DNA of 64,000 nt from positions 15,314,001 through 15,378,000 of the forward strand of contig CM074511.1 of assembly GCA_037379345.1 (NCBI GenBank), in the 5' to 3' direction. Under the pieces are notes generated by a model. That model did not search any database, was not told the DNA's origin, and saw nothing but the letters and a program-made list of their open reading frames with translations. The position numbers were made by a program, and so were the translations under genes. Of the stretch, positions 1 through 15,100 are shown one piece after another (positions within the stretch are counted from its first letter, which is position 1; every line of letters begins with the position of its first letter). The stretch is from Perna viridis (taxonomy: Eukaryota).

Positions 1-114
1 AGATTCTACGAGCATCACTTTCTGGTAATTTCTGGCGATCATTAATATAATCATACAGTTCTCCTCCTAATGCACAATCCATGACTAGAATAATACGGTC
101 TTTGTTCTCAAACA
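1..114 (-). CDS. NUAK1: NUAK coding exon 3 (partial, hinge region)
   Basis: ttacag|TG TTT GAG AAC AAA GAC ... [24 protein letters not shown]. Confidence 0.92.
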
Positions 115-3100
115 CTGTAAACAGAAAAGCAATTTCCTTTTACAGAGCTTATAAAAGAGTATTGAGTTGAGAAATGGTAGAATTGTCGGTAATGAAAGGA
201 AAATTGACAAAGAGTTTGGTGGACAAGGGCCTGCTATATTGAGGGCAAAACAAGGGCTTGCTATATTGAGGGCAAGACAAGAGCCTGCTATATTGAGGGC
301 AACTTCAGAAAGTTTCTCACAATAAATATGCTAATTCAACCTTAAAAAGGAGAATTTTGAATTGCATCCAATATATAAATTTATGCTAAATTTGAAAGGG
401 TATCAGTATGAAATAAAACAGAGTTAACTTAAAAAAAAGATGGTGATTTTGTGTTTCATGCAATATCAGATGTATATTTGAAAGCCAATAAGTGTAAAAA
501 AATGATACAATAAGAATAATTCTCAATTCAACTTTAAAAATTCACTATTAAAAAAAGGTCATTTGTTAAATGTTTGTTATTAAATATTATGCAATGTCAC
601 ATGACTACCACTTTTTTGTAAAATTTAAAATAACCTCAGTCTAGGATTCTTATAAAGGACACATTTTATATCAATCTAATGCAGATGGATATAAAGAAAT
701 GTGGTTACAGATAAATTAAATTTTATACTATTTAAATAAATAGAGATTAATATAGCTGATAAAATTTCAGCATGATGTACCTGGTACAAAGTGAGAAAAT
801 TATTTATCCTCTACTGCGGTTTATTCAGACAGCCAAACATTTAATAAAAATCATCCATAGTTTCCATGTTTTATTTGTAACTAAGGCATTAGGTAGTTGG
901 CATGTGCTTATTGCAATTTGAACTTTTGAATAAGTATTGAACAATGTAGAGTTGTCCAGGTTCAATCAAAAGCATAGAAATTCACATTCAATTAATAATT
1001 ACAAGTTTGGTACCAATGTTGATCTACTCAAAGTCATTGTACTAGTAGTGAACAATTTCATACAAGTCCACAGCTGATCTTTAACATTATGCAACACGTG
1101 AAGACGTGGTTAGGGAAAGAAATCACTTATGTATAATTAATGTAATTTAATAAAGGAAATTGGGCACAGAAGAATGTTTAAGAAGTAAGATATGTATTAC
1201 AGGTAGTTGTTAAACCTTGTTACTAAATTGGTCCTCAAAATCTGAGATTCACTTCCCTTTCAAATTACTGATATCAAAATGTAAATATCCTGCATACTAT
1301 GGCCAGGTGGGGACTTCCCAAGAAATCTCAAAATAATGTAGATATTGGACTCTTAACCAACTTCCTGGAAAAAACATTTCATTAGGGCTGGGCTAGCTAC
1401 TTAAGTCAGGGCATTCATACATAAATATATTCAAAACAAGAATTAAAATATCAAAAAACAATCATACAACTAGTGTCATATTTTTTTGTTTGATTTTAGG
1501 AACCAATGACATTTATACATTAAAAAGATATTTTAGACAAAGGACATGGGGATTTGTTATCTCATAACACATTTGTGGACTTGCCACAAACATTGAGGTG
1601 AAATGTACCGGACATTTTTTCCTTCCAAAAGATAACCCTAGAAACATAAAGAAACAGTGTATTTGTATAAACGTCAAAGTTTGCCAAACACTGCACTTTA
1701 AATATCATTATTACCAGGAAAAGTTGGAAAGTCATGTGACATTAACCATATTAATTATAATATAGTTGACAAAATACATTTGTACATCACCAAGTAGCTC
1801 AACATCTCAATAGATATATAAAGTGATTAATAATAAGACTGCACTCTTATTTTGGTACTCAGACAATATATAGGCCTACTACCATGTTGAGATTAAAGGG
1901 AAATAACTGGGAGGGGGTATGTTGCAAGGTCAAATGAACAAACATTGAAAAGTACTTAAGAAACAGTTTGATGGTGAATATGAAATTCAATTCAAAGGAA
2001 TCATTGTTTAAATTTTTCTATACCTGTGGTGGGTAACAATTAGCTATTATGAAGAAAAGGCATTGCTGTGAATTTTCAAGAGGAAACAGCCAATAATATA
2101 CCCTTCTGTGTCTAACAACCCTGTTTTAAAGGGTCTATTATTGCTCCCAGATAATAGTATTCTCCACCCATTTCAACAAGGATGTCTCTCCTAGCAATAA
2201 ACGTTTAACATGTCTATCTGATGAAGACATCATTTTCAAATGACTTTTTTTACTGACTGATAGACTTCATATTCAGAATTAAAACATTACTGACTTATAA
2301 TGACTATTATTTTTACATCCACGGTAGCCCATCAGGAAAGCCTTATACTTAAAAAAAACCTACCCCCCAAAAAAAATTCTATTGAAAAAAAGTTATTAGT
2401 ATCAATATCTATGCATGACTTCCCAATGATAAATATTTGATCAATTTTCTGACAACACATTAAGATTCTTTGAATTTGTTCCTATGATCTAACTATTATG
2501 GAAGTTTTTAAATCATTTATGATTTTCGATACTATCATTCGTTAAACCATTTAAAGTATTTAGCCCACTGTTTCAAATTTCCAGTCTATAAAAGAATTTA
2601 TATGTTTTGTAATAATGATTACCAATGTCTGCAAATATTTGATAAAATATTTTGAAAGAAGCGTCCTAGTACAAAAATATACAAACAAAAGATATAGACA
2701 CTGACATGAACTGCCTATTGATTTTTCAAATATCTAAATCAATTGAGTTGCCATTGTTTAAATATAATTTTAGATTTCATAGAAACATCCTATTTCCTGC
2801 ATTTGAACAGAGATCAGAGTGTCAAGAGAGAGGAAATTATAAATGTTGAGACGAGACTAAAATAATAAATCAATAGCGATGTCTACTATTTGTTTAAATA
2901 GGTTATACCATGTGAAAAAGAGGCTTCTTTTGCTTAGTTTTTCTGTGTTTGTTTAGTTGTCTAAATAAATTCTCTATCAAATAAAACCCTGATTACTTAT
3001 AATATTCCCTACTACTGTTAAACAATATTATATAAAATCTTGGGTAATTCCAAATGCTTTAACACCTCTTTAACACAAATTTTCTAAATCAATAGAAAGA

Positions 3101-6100
3101 ATGTATTTAATACAAGTCTTCTCATATCAAATTCTGACAGAAATATGTCTGGTATGCAAAAAACCTATTTAAAATTCTTTGTTAATGCAAGCCAATTAAG
3201 AGGATCTATTTTAAGACTGATCAATTTGCACTACAACTTGACACTGAATGTGCATCTTGTCATAAATTGTAATAGATAAGAGGTATCTTCCTTTATAACC
3301 ATATGTTTAGTTAATTCATCCTTCATCAGGAGTTGGATAATTTTTTTTAATCATTTTCCATTAACATTATACATATATTTTTGTGGTCTTCCATCCTTCT
3401 ATCCTTTGCTTATATGAAAAAACACATATTACAAATGCACCATTGATATGCCTTTCTTTCTACTTTCATTCATAAAATTCAGGTCTTTGTTATTAGCATC
3501 TTCAAAAAGACTTTAGAAAAGTTAAGTATCTCTTCCCTTTGATAAAAGTTAAAGGAAAGGTGTGTATGAAGGGGCGTCTTTGCACTTCCATAAGAAACAA
3601 AAAGCAGTCCTCATTTCCTGTACAATTCCAGGTAAATTTTTGTACCTTGTAAACATATATATACATGTTTACAAATGCTATTCAACAGACAATGAAAATT
3701 GATAAGAGTATTATCCTGAGACAAAGACTTAATGAATTTTTCTGCTAGTCAGTGACAAAAAACTCATATTTTACTGACAAAGCTATGTTTGGTATGCTTT
3801 TATACCTGGGGATAATAATGCACTTTCCAATTAATATAAGGTAATATTCACACAAGCCTTTCATTTAAAAAAAAATTGCAACAATAAAACTCTGCATTCA
3901 TAAAATACTTTTTGTACCAGAGGAGGAGTTAAGTGGTCTATCTAAAACACTTTAAAATATTGACAAGAGAAAGCTGGATTTGCTCTGATCTTACACTGCC
4001 TCAAGGGTTTCCATATTTAGACAAAACAGTCACACAGACTGAAAGGAAATAATCAGCAATCAGATTTAATCAACTGATGGCTTAAGCAAAATCCTTGGCC
4101 AAAAAGTATATATAGACGATTTCCCCTGACAGTTATATTTTACAGACTAATCTTCTAAAAAAGAAATTGGCCAATGAATCTCCCAGTGCAAGAGTCTCCA
4201 TACACACCAGCATCATGCCATTCTAGTAATGAAGGAACTGTGGTTCATTTATTAATACAATAAATACTCTCAATTTTTTTTCCTAATACTGCCAAATTGA
4301 CCACAGTACAGCAAGGTCAATGAGACATTGATCGTGAATTCGTGATTAAATAATATTTGAAACTTTTTTGGACATGTTGCATGTCAAAACATCAGGTTTT
4401 GTCACAAAACCAAGATTAAATTTCTTTAATTAACTAACAAAATAACTATCTTGTGATACATAAAAAATCTTGCTGTTTTCTCATAAAACCTCAAGATATT
4501 ATTGACAAAAACAAGTTATGTGATCTTGTCTGGCACTAAGATCAACCTTAAAATCCACTATCAATAGTATCGATTTAAATTCTTGGTTCCGTATCAAAAT
4601 ATTTTATTGAATTTTTGGAAGACAAAAAACCCTTGCATGGTTTAATGTAATTATCAGAGATTGATGTTCATTGTTATGACGTCAACTGTCATCGAAAGCT
4701 ACAAGTGGGTCAAGGAAACCCATACCATCTGGAGTTCAAGTGTACAATTGACTTTTAGATTTGTAATTGGCTCTCTAATTATTGAAAATCAATACATGAG
4801 GAGTAAGAAAATTACATAAAAAATTCACACTTGGCAATTATTAGATAAGTTTTGTAAATGACAAGTCAAGAGGCTGACAAGAGTCTTTGACAAATGATAT
4901 TGGTTGGTAATCAAAATAATTAGGAGTTGATGACAGACAATTATATTTGACTTTTAAAAGGAATCAAATAAAATTAAAATTTTTGACATTATCAGTCTTA
5001 AAAACCAAATGATCTTTCATTACTATAAACCTAAGCTGAATTTACTATGCCAGTGTTCCACTAATCCCTTACAAGTGAACCCATACAATAAACAATTGTA
5101 GTAGTTATTTGAAAGAACTTAAGAATCCAGAAGCTTAATATAGTATTTACATGTGTACTAAGGAAAAACTTAAGTCTGATTTGTGCAGAGTCACTATTAT
5201 TATTAATTTCCACACTTATTAAATGGATGCATTGGTTTAAATTTTTCAATATTATCTTAAGAAAAACTTCTAAAATTGAAACGTTTTTAATGTTAAAATT
5301 TCTAATGTCACTTTTTTATAATAAGCCTTTTAACTATAAAATAACAGGTTTAAATTGGTTTTGTAATTCTAAGCCTCTTTTGAAATCTACAAAGTACACT
5401 CATGAGCATTCTTTACTATAAATGAAATGTTGGTTCACATTTAAGACATAATGAACTGTATTTAAAATAACAAAGCGTGTTAATGTAGCCATGTAGCTAT
5501 AATAGGGTACACCCACTAAAACTAAATTATGCATAAATTTCTTCATCTTCTGACTTCAACATTTAGATGTCAGCTATAAATGTTTCCTTGGTGTTTGAAG
5601 CTATTTTATCCCAGACAGGAGGAAAGATGCCCTGATATAAATGTTTCCTTTCAAGAAGTTATAATGACCAAACTCTAGGGATTTTATAGTATAAGGAGAC
5701 AATCCTATGTTGATGATTCCGATTTCCTGTACAAAAATAATAAAATCAGTGACATTTAATAGAAAAATTAAATTACAAGCTGTAATCTTGTTTTTCTGTA
5801 TGTCTGTCATCATGTCTATAAATAGTTATATTCTGCAACACCAGAGATCTTTAATCAAAGAACAAGACTGGCTATAAAAACCCTGCAATACCCCTGTGGA
5901 GGACACACATGTTTATGTCTGGAAGTTAGTCTGATAATCAGCAGACGCCAAATTGTCCAAGTCTAATTTTTTGTCCTTAAAGTGTCACTTTAGTGCATTC
6001 CTATGCCTTTAAATCTATTAACTCACATGTACACACGAATTGTATGTTTAATGCAAATTCCTAAAATGACTTACTGAGGGGAGTGCGGCATTTTCAGATC

Positions 6101-9100
6101 AAGGTTTACTCAGTTTACAGTGTACTTTTTTTTTCTTCTTTCGAAGTTTTACACCTTTGGATAACTTGTTCTGTAAAGTGATGTTATTTGCATGTATAAT
6201 TTTAAAAGTCAATTTCCATGTACCATAAAGATCTAGTAGGAAGTCAGTATCTTCTTGATAACTTATGAACCCATATAAATTATTCACTATGTTCCTTTAA
6301 GGCTAAGAGATACAAGAGCATTGCCCCTTACCTCAGATGACCATAGCATTGGTCACTCTATTAACCTAATGACTAACAAATCAGATTAATATCACTAAAT
6401 TCCCTTCCATTGACAAAAATGACCGCAATTAGGTATCTTTACATTATCATTTTATGCTTCAAAGAAATCCAGTGTCATTTTTTTATTAATTTGTTGATTT
6501 ACATGTCTCTGGGACATTTGTTGTTAAGTCCTTAATATTTCACTGATCATATCTTTACCTTGGACAAAGAGCTCTATGGAAAAATATAAAAATTACCTCC
6601 AGATAGACACGATTTATAAAAACTTGAACTGATTGATCAATCGATCTCTAACCTCAAACCAAAAATCTCTGAAATATGATTGATCATAATGATGTTGCTT
6701 TTGAAGTCAAATTTCATGTAAAAACAGCTTTTTTTCACTTGTAGAGCCCTTAGCCACTGCACAAGTTCTAAGATATCTATTGAAAACACAATTTTGATTT
6801 ATAAATCTTTACAGTAATAGAGATCACATTACATGTATTTTGAAGCCATTTGTAAGCCAAGGGTTGAAACTGCTCAAAGTCTGTTCCAATAAATTTTGAA
6901 ATAGTTGGAACCATAGTTCATTCTGAAACAGGAATGTAATAATAAAGATAATAGAAGTCTATTATAATTACACTGCCTACACCAAAAACCAAAATTTACA
7001 ACTCCTAAATATAGATATAATTAACACATCTGTATTGTTTAAAACAACAAATCATGTTAAGATATTACTTCAGTGGGTTACTGTCACAATAACTCTACTT
7101 ATTATGTGGTTTACTATTTATAAATTTAAATATGCTAATAAGATATGTATATATAACTTTTTTAGGAACTTCCCCTTAATTGTGTAATGATAGGGTTACT
7201 AAGCTACCTTGACTTAAACAATGAAGTTCAATATCACAAATAAACGCCCAGAAATTTAAGAAATGTGATGTTCCATTGTTATAGGAAAATGATTTATAAC
7301 TACCTGCACTACTTGATAACATTTTTATCATCACTTTCCCATTACACCCAGTTATTTTATTACCAACATAGCACCCATGTCAAATCTTGCATGTAAGTTT
7401 CAATTCAAAGGTTATGATAATTTTAGTATCTTGCAATCATAACAACAAAGATATTACCATTTAATTTCCATTTTCCACCCAACGATTTCATTGTTGCACT
7501 TCTTTGCCATCTATATGTAAATTTTGGATAAAAATCTTAATTTCAAAATCCATCAAATTTAAATTCTTTATTCAAAATAATGATACAATTGAAGGAAGCT
7601 GAACTATCTGATAAAAACTTGCCATGCCATAAAAATAAGCTAATATAAATTGCCTGTGACACAATGTCATGGTTCATATGATATGGAGGACCTTAACATT
7701 AACAAGAAAACATGGAATTTCCATTTCAAATTTCTTTTACATTCCAATTATAAAACTTAATGAAGAAGATTAGAGGGAATAGATTCAGTAGAAATGGAGT
7801 AATATGGAAGTCATCAATAGAACACAGACTAAACAGAACATGGGCAAAGAAACAAATTTGTCATTTTAATTCTATTAATTATGCCTTCTAAAAGAAACTG
7901 AAAATTAAATTTCAAGGCAATTAATCTGACAATTTTTTTGTTGTTATTACATCAAGAAATTCACCTTGATTGCTGGATCTGCCATCTGACCAAGAAACTA
8001 TAATTGCATCAGAGATACTTTCTCCCGACCAAGACCAAGATATTCTTTGTGATTCATCATTATGTATACAGACCATTAAATGATATGTCTTCCTTCCTGA
8101 ATCAAGTTTCTCATCAGAAAATGTAAATACAATCACTTGTACTATTAAAGTTGACCTAAATGTTTAATTTACTCATTTACATTGTATTGTTTTACTGCAT
8201 TTTAACAAATTGTTTGGAACATGTGCAAGTTTAACAACACCTGCAGGCCTTACAGATGGTTTGAAATGAAAGAATAAAAAAAACGTGCATTTTTTCTTGT
8301 TCTCCTTTAAGCATGTATGTACTGGTAGTTGAAAAACTTCCATCAAACAGGTTATAGCCAGCATTTTTTTTTTATTTCTAGATTAGGCTCTAGTAATTAA
8401 AAGGGATATGTGAAAATCATAAAGTTCTGCAACTGGTAAAAGATATAAACAATAATAATATCAGATTCAAATACTGAATATTAACTTTAATACATCAATT
8501 CTCAATTCCAAGAAATCACAAGAGCTCATTACTTTTTTCCCATTAATACCCAGTAAAAAAAGTTGATGACTGGTCATCTGCCAAGGACTAAGAAGTGTGA
8601 AATCTGACAGGAATGCCAAGGAAATGTGTAAATCCACTCCCGATCATGACACCATCATCCTTATTTCCGATAGGTAAATGGACAATTACCTAATAGTCAA
8701 TATACCTATTTGTTTGAACTATGGGGTAAATAAATATTATTGTAAACAGCCTTCTGTAATTATCTTTGTCAATTGTATCAGGTGTGAAGATTTAATGATC
8801 AAAATTTAAAACATGTTTGAATTGGTCATGGAATTTTTACAGTTTTGACCAAAAGCAGTTCTGTGGTCTAAATATGCGATGATATCTTTCTTTAAATGTT
8901 CTGATATATGCACACCCCTATTTATTCAAATATAATAAATATCTCTGGTATCAATGCAAAATATTTGTAAAATTTTAAATAATCTTGTCTACTATCTCTA
9001 TGTACACCTATGCATACTTCCTAGGCCTTATACCATTAAAATCAACTGGATTACACAGTTATATTATTTCAGCAAAATTTATATCCGTAATCTAAATAAA

Positions 9101-12100
9101 AATAAGAATCTTGAATACATGTGGAAAATATGGAAATCAATATTATCACTTTGAAGACAGTTTGAAAGTGTACCATTGAAATTCTTTTCAATTTAAACGA
9201 TGCATTTCAATTCCAAAAGAAGTAACTATCCTTTTACTTTTTAAAAATACTCATACATGGACATCTACTTGAATAGGGAAATGAAAACAAGATGGAAGAT
9301 ACTATTATTAAGGAAAATTATATGGTAAATCCCTAGAAATTCTTAAAGTTGTCAATATATATTAACTATTGAGCATTCTCAAAACCCTCAATACATGTAC
9401 CTATCTTGTTGTACCTTATTACTTTGCTCTATTAATATTTTTCCATTGCTACATGTATGACATAAATATTGAAAAAAGTTTTCCACATGTAAGCCCAGTA
9501 AGAGTACATCATATAATCTTTTCTAACCTTTCCAAAAGCACTCATGCACCTTAGACATGAGCATAAACAAGACCATGACAAAAAGGGAAATAAATACCCA
9601 CGTAAATCTGCTGTTTACGCAAAATTTAGTTTCAAATCAGCTGATCAATTACCCCCTACCTATAACTATGATAATAACACCATACAAAATGCTTCTATAT
9701 GGGACAAAATATTTGATTAGGTCCTTTTAATACTTGCCAAAACACTGTTTAATGTGTATTTAATTTGGAGCTGGACACTTGTTACAAACTAAATCGCTTT
9801 ATTTGGAGAGTAGGTAAATTGGTACGACTCCAACATATACAAATACTCAGTACGTGTCTGTCCACGCTAATACCTAAGTCAAGAGGTTCAAATTTGTAGA
9901 TAAATATCAACAACTTTCTACTACCTAGCATAAGTACTTTATTTTTTAAAAAAAGTTTACTCTTGGCATAGCATACTGCAAAAATGTCTCTTAATGCAAT
10001 ACCTGTATACATTAACCTTAATACATCTTACTGTCAACAATGAACATGTACATGTAATTGTCTCAAGATGAAGTTTGAGAAATTTTCAAAAATGTGTGGA
10101 CTTGGTTTTATTAGGAGGGGGTCTCATTTTCTGTCCTAAACAATGACAAACACTAAAGCTACAAGATAACACTAATTTCAGACTGTGAACAATTTGTAGG
10201 AAATGTGTAACCACTTTTAACCTTCTATCCTTTTATGTGACAGATACTACTGCTTTGGCTGACAAGACATTCTAAAGATAGATACCTAGTAATGAACAAA
10301 TTTAGGGAGCAATAAAATACAAACAGAAGACACACCAATCATGATGGAAAGCCCATAATATACTATCAATGGAATACACATCATTCATACATTACCATAT
10401 GACCCAAATTATTCATATTTTGGTGTTGTCTAGACTATCAATCTTACTGCCCCTTAGGCTATATTACACATCTTCTACTTTTATACCTTGTGCAATACAT
10501 AAAAAAATGTCCTTTTCTCATGCAATACACATTAATCTTGACCAGTTTCCTTCTTTCTCACAAACTGAATTTATCAATAAGTGAAATTAAAGTATATGAA
10601 ATAAGGACTTCCTTCCAAATTGTGTTTTTCTAGATACTCAAGTGTCAATTCTCTGTAAGCTTGTACAAAATGTGGCTTATGAGACTACATAGAAATAATG
10701 ATTTTTCTGTTTATTTTATATTTTGGATGAATTGAATATGAATACTTGGAAAGCATCATTATTTAGTCTGTAACCAGACCAAATGTCACACTATGGGCTA
10801 CAAATGTAATTCCAGCTTCTAAAGATTTTAATAATCTATTGAACCTTAAATTGTTTGTGCACACTTCATAAAGTAAAGATCACAACCAAAAGGCCATAGA
10901 TTCTGCATGGTCACACCTACAATCCTATTTATCAAGTCAATGAATTCTTCCCAATACAACATTGCTTTTGATCTGCATAGAATACACAGCCATTCCAAAA
11001 GTAATTTAAACAGAATTGATATTAAACAAATGTCTTTATTTCTTTCTAGTTTCATTAAATCAAAGCTTTGTGCTAGTTGTCAAGTTGATTTTTTATTCAG
11101 TAAGTTGAGAAATGTCTCGTGATTCTGTGACATTCCAGACCATGTCAGGAGGTGTCGGTAAACCTATCAAATTACAGAACGTCTTTTCGATGATAATATC
11201 TCTAATTACAGAGCTTCTGAAGACTGTAACATTACCCTTTCATCTCTTTAAATATTGAACATCTATTTCAATATTAGTAAATCAATTTGTTCTTTTCTCA
11301 AATAATTAATCTGATCAAAATAGTTTAGATTATGATGTCAAAGGGGCATCATTCGACAGGGGAAAGACACTAACTGTAAAGTGCTAATTTTAAGAGTTTC
11401 GATAAATATGTTTTATGGTAAAGGGTTTACTTGATAATGACCTTACAAGATTTCAGATAACACTTAACAAAGCCATATAATGTTGTTTACAATCCAATGT
11501 CAATGACTTCCTAACACCTGACTTTTTCACTTTGACTTAGAGCTATCATTGTGACACTGCTGTATACCCTAAGTACATTGCCCACTTTAATATAAGTCAA
11601 CATTTGCTTTTTTCAAGAAATCTGTTCTAATTTGTCACTTTGTCCTGTTGCAAAGTTGTAGTCTAGTATTCTCTTAATACAGGGATACCAATGGGTTCAT
11701 CTTGTGCTACCACACTTACCTTCCCTTATGTTGATGATATTTGGATGATTGAGATGTGACATGATATGGATTTCTCGCCGTAGTCGACATAAATCTGTAT
11801 CATCTTGGACTTTGTTCTTCTTTATATATTTTATTGCAACCTAAAAACAAAAAAGAGGCTCCTTAGTCAATGTTCTTGAGACAAATTTGGATGTATGGTC
11901 ATTTAATGGATAACTGAATTATACATTTGTTAAACAGAATACCATTTTATATTGTCACTATGTAGACAGTGTGCAAGCAAATACAATGTAGTATGTTAGT
12001 TTTTTTCAACTTATTCTGTCAGAGTTGGGCTATTTTAGCATCATTTATGGTCTTCAAAGTTTTACAAATCCAATATTTGCTTCAATGTAGGAAGACAAAA

Positions 12101-15100
12101 GTTCCCCACCCACATACATTATATGTAGACAGACTAGTCATCAACAGATCACATCATCACAATATTCAATAATGTCTCCAGCAAGGTGAATCATATTGGT
12201 TAGGTTAAAGCTAGACCATGATTCAGTCCAGACATTGTCTTTATAATACCCCCAACTGTCCATAATAAAAGATAATACCTAAGTCATTGGCTCTTCTATT
12301 TTCTACACCAAATTTCATCTGAACAATCTTTGTTTTGTTTACATATTAATGATTTAATAACCTTGCTAGAGGGACAATGATGAAGCACACTGTAATTTGT
12401 GTAATAATAATGGTTTAATGTACAATCTATACGGTCAATGGTCAATTTTATAAAACTGAATTGACATTTTGAAAAACAAAAACATTTTTATGGTTTTCTA
12501 GTCATTAAGTACTAAACTTTCGTAGTATTTAAATTTCAAGTACAAATCATGGTCAAGTCATGATTTGGCAGTAACAAAAATACTTTAATGGTTTAAAATA
12601 ATTGCTATGTAATACAATTTAATAACCCTGTTGGTTTTAAAAAGTCATCATACAGTTATGATGTATGGTCATATCAGAAAAAGATAGCCAATCAAAAAAA
12701 TAAATGTCTCACTTAAGTATCTTAAAAGAAAGTCACGGATATTGTGGTTGTTAAGCATAGAAACCAATGAAAATATCATAATTTTTAAAACTTAACTGTG
12801 ACTTCCAAAAATACTTTGATGACATACATGTATTGACAATGTTTGTCAAAAAAAAAAAATTAAAAAAAATAATGATCTCCATTTAACAGGAAAGGAAAAC
12901 TGTTATGCTTCACCAAATGACAAGTCAGGGTGTAAATTTGAGTTGTCTTCACTATTGATGGTTTTTAAATCCCTTCATAACTTTTTGATGTCAGAATGAT
13001 AGTTTTTTTCACATTGTGGGAATAGTACAAATGAACATTTCAGCATGTACATCTTATTGTAAGAATTTGAGAATTTTTTAATGCACATTCCTCAAAATTT
13101 ATAACCATAAATACCAAATCGACTAATTAGTAATGAATTGATATTGCTGAAACTTACAAAAGTATAAATAGACTAATAAATGAGAGGTGGTAAAACACAT
13201 GTATGATTTTGGGGATTTACACATCCTTGATTCTGATCTTATCTCCACATGATTAAGGAAGCTATCAATGACTTTTACACCTGCAAAATATTTGTGGTCA
13301 TAAAAAAGATAATGTGTAACCACTAACTTGTGTTTTAAAATAGATCTTTAAAATAAACTGATGAATTTGGTCATGGAAACATTACACAGACATTGAGTCA
13401 TAGTTTAAATGGGACTTAATTATAAAGACTACATTAGGGCTGGGAATAAAATATCAATATAGAACACAGCAAAGATCTATTGTAAAAAATTCCTCCGCAA
13501 TTAATCAGAAATCAAAAACAGAAAAAATAGGACATGGATCATAATCTCCTTATGTTTTTTATACTCTGTGCAATAAAAAATATATTACATGTACATATCT
13601 TCCTACAATGAATGTAATTATTAAACATGCATTAAACACATCAAATACAGGTAATTTCATTTACTGTAACTGATAAAATGACACCTGATAAAAAGGGCTT
13701 GATCTTTTTTTATTATGGGAATTTCTAGAAAGTTTCCATAATGTGACCTAAGGTGACTTGCATTTAGATGTAGGAAACCATGTATAATAAAAAAATGACC
13801 ACAAATTAATTAATCATTAACTTCTATTGTCTCATATGCCACAAGGTAAACAGTTCACCAACGACAATAAACCAGTGCCATTTGGGGACAATGTATGTGT
13901 ATTTGGTTGTAGGAGTTGAATGATGAATGGGTTGACATAATGTGTGACCTATCATTCTCAAGAATGGAAGCATACTTGACATCTACAGGAAAGGAAACTG
14001 AGGACAAGGAAGTGACATCAAAGGGACTGAACTCTATCATTAGATATCTGTTTCCGTTTGTCTGTCATCAAATAAAATTAATCAAGTCAAAATAAGGATA
14101 AAAGATTTAAATGCAAAGATAAGCCTTGATTTTTAATTGCCTATTCCTATTGCATATTGTGAAATGATATTGTTCAAATAAAAAATAGAAAAAAAAAGAA
14201 AAAGGAATAAAATGTGAAAATAAACCTTGGTATTGTAGCATGTGCCTCTTAGGCTATTGTGAAATAAAAGTTCTATGTATAGTACAAAAGATATATAACC
14301 TATGAAGCTGTCATGTAATCAATGAACAACATTCATTGAATTTTCGGCTGTTTGGGAAAATTATATTCAGCAAGTCATGTGAAATTCAATCAAATATCTG
14401 CATGGTCATCTTTAAACAGTATTAAATAGTTGGAATTCTTAAGGGTAATAACTAACATCCAGTTGGTCACTTATTTAAATGGAAAGTGTATTGTAATGTA
14501 AAACTGGGTATAAAATAAATTGAAGTTAGTGTTAAAGTGATAATTATAGGGTCATAATTTGGATGTGATTTTAGTGGAAATCCAATTGTTGGGATATTTG
14601 TTGTTATATCTTTATTAAAAGTAAATTAACTACTAAAGAAATTTAGTAGCTTAAACAATGATAATGTGGTTAGATATTAAAAAATGTTACCCTCTTAATA
14701 TAAACTTGAACATTTTAAAAGACTACATTGAAACTTTAATAGTGTTCCATGTACATGTACATGTAATAAATAATGATACATAAATTTTTCATCAATGAAT
14801 AAGAAACACAACAAATAATTCTGGTGCATTACATGTATAAATGTTTCTGAAGTACTAAGAGTGTCTTCTCTATTTATGGAAATATATTTTTGATAAGGCT
14901 TAAACCTTTCTACTACTTATTTTGAAAGTAATGCAAAAATCTAGTTCATTTTAACTTGTCTTTTTGCATTAGAAACATAAAAAATACATGTACAAATACA
15001 TGTATCTAATCAAACAGATTTAGAAATTATACATGTAGACCAAAAACCAATTTACATGTAATTTAACCAATTAAATATGAAGTATGGTTAAAGTTACTAA

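Noticed and set aside
13855-14040. 61-aa minus-strand ORF in NUAK intron 1 as an alternative first exon
   Set aside because: The best donor (TG|gtgaac) is in the wrong phase for exon 2, the in-phase donor is weak, and there is no recognisable motif.
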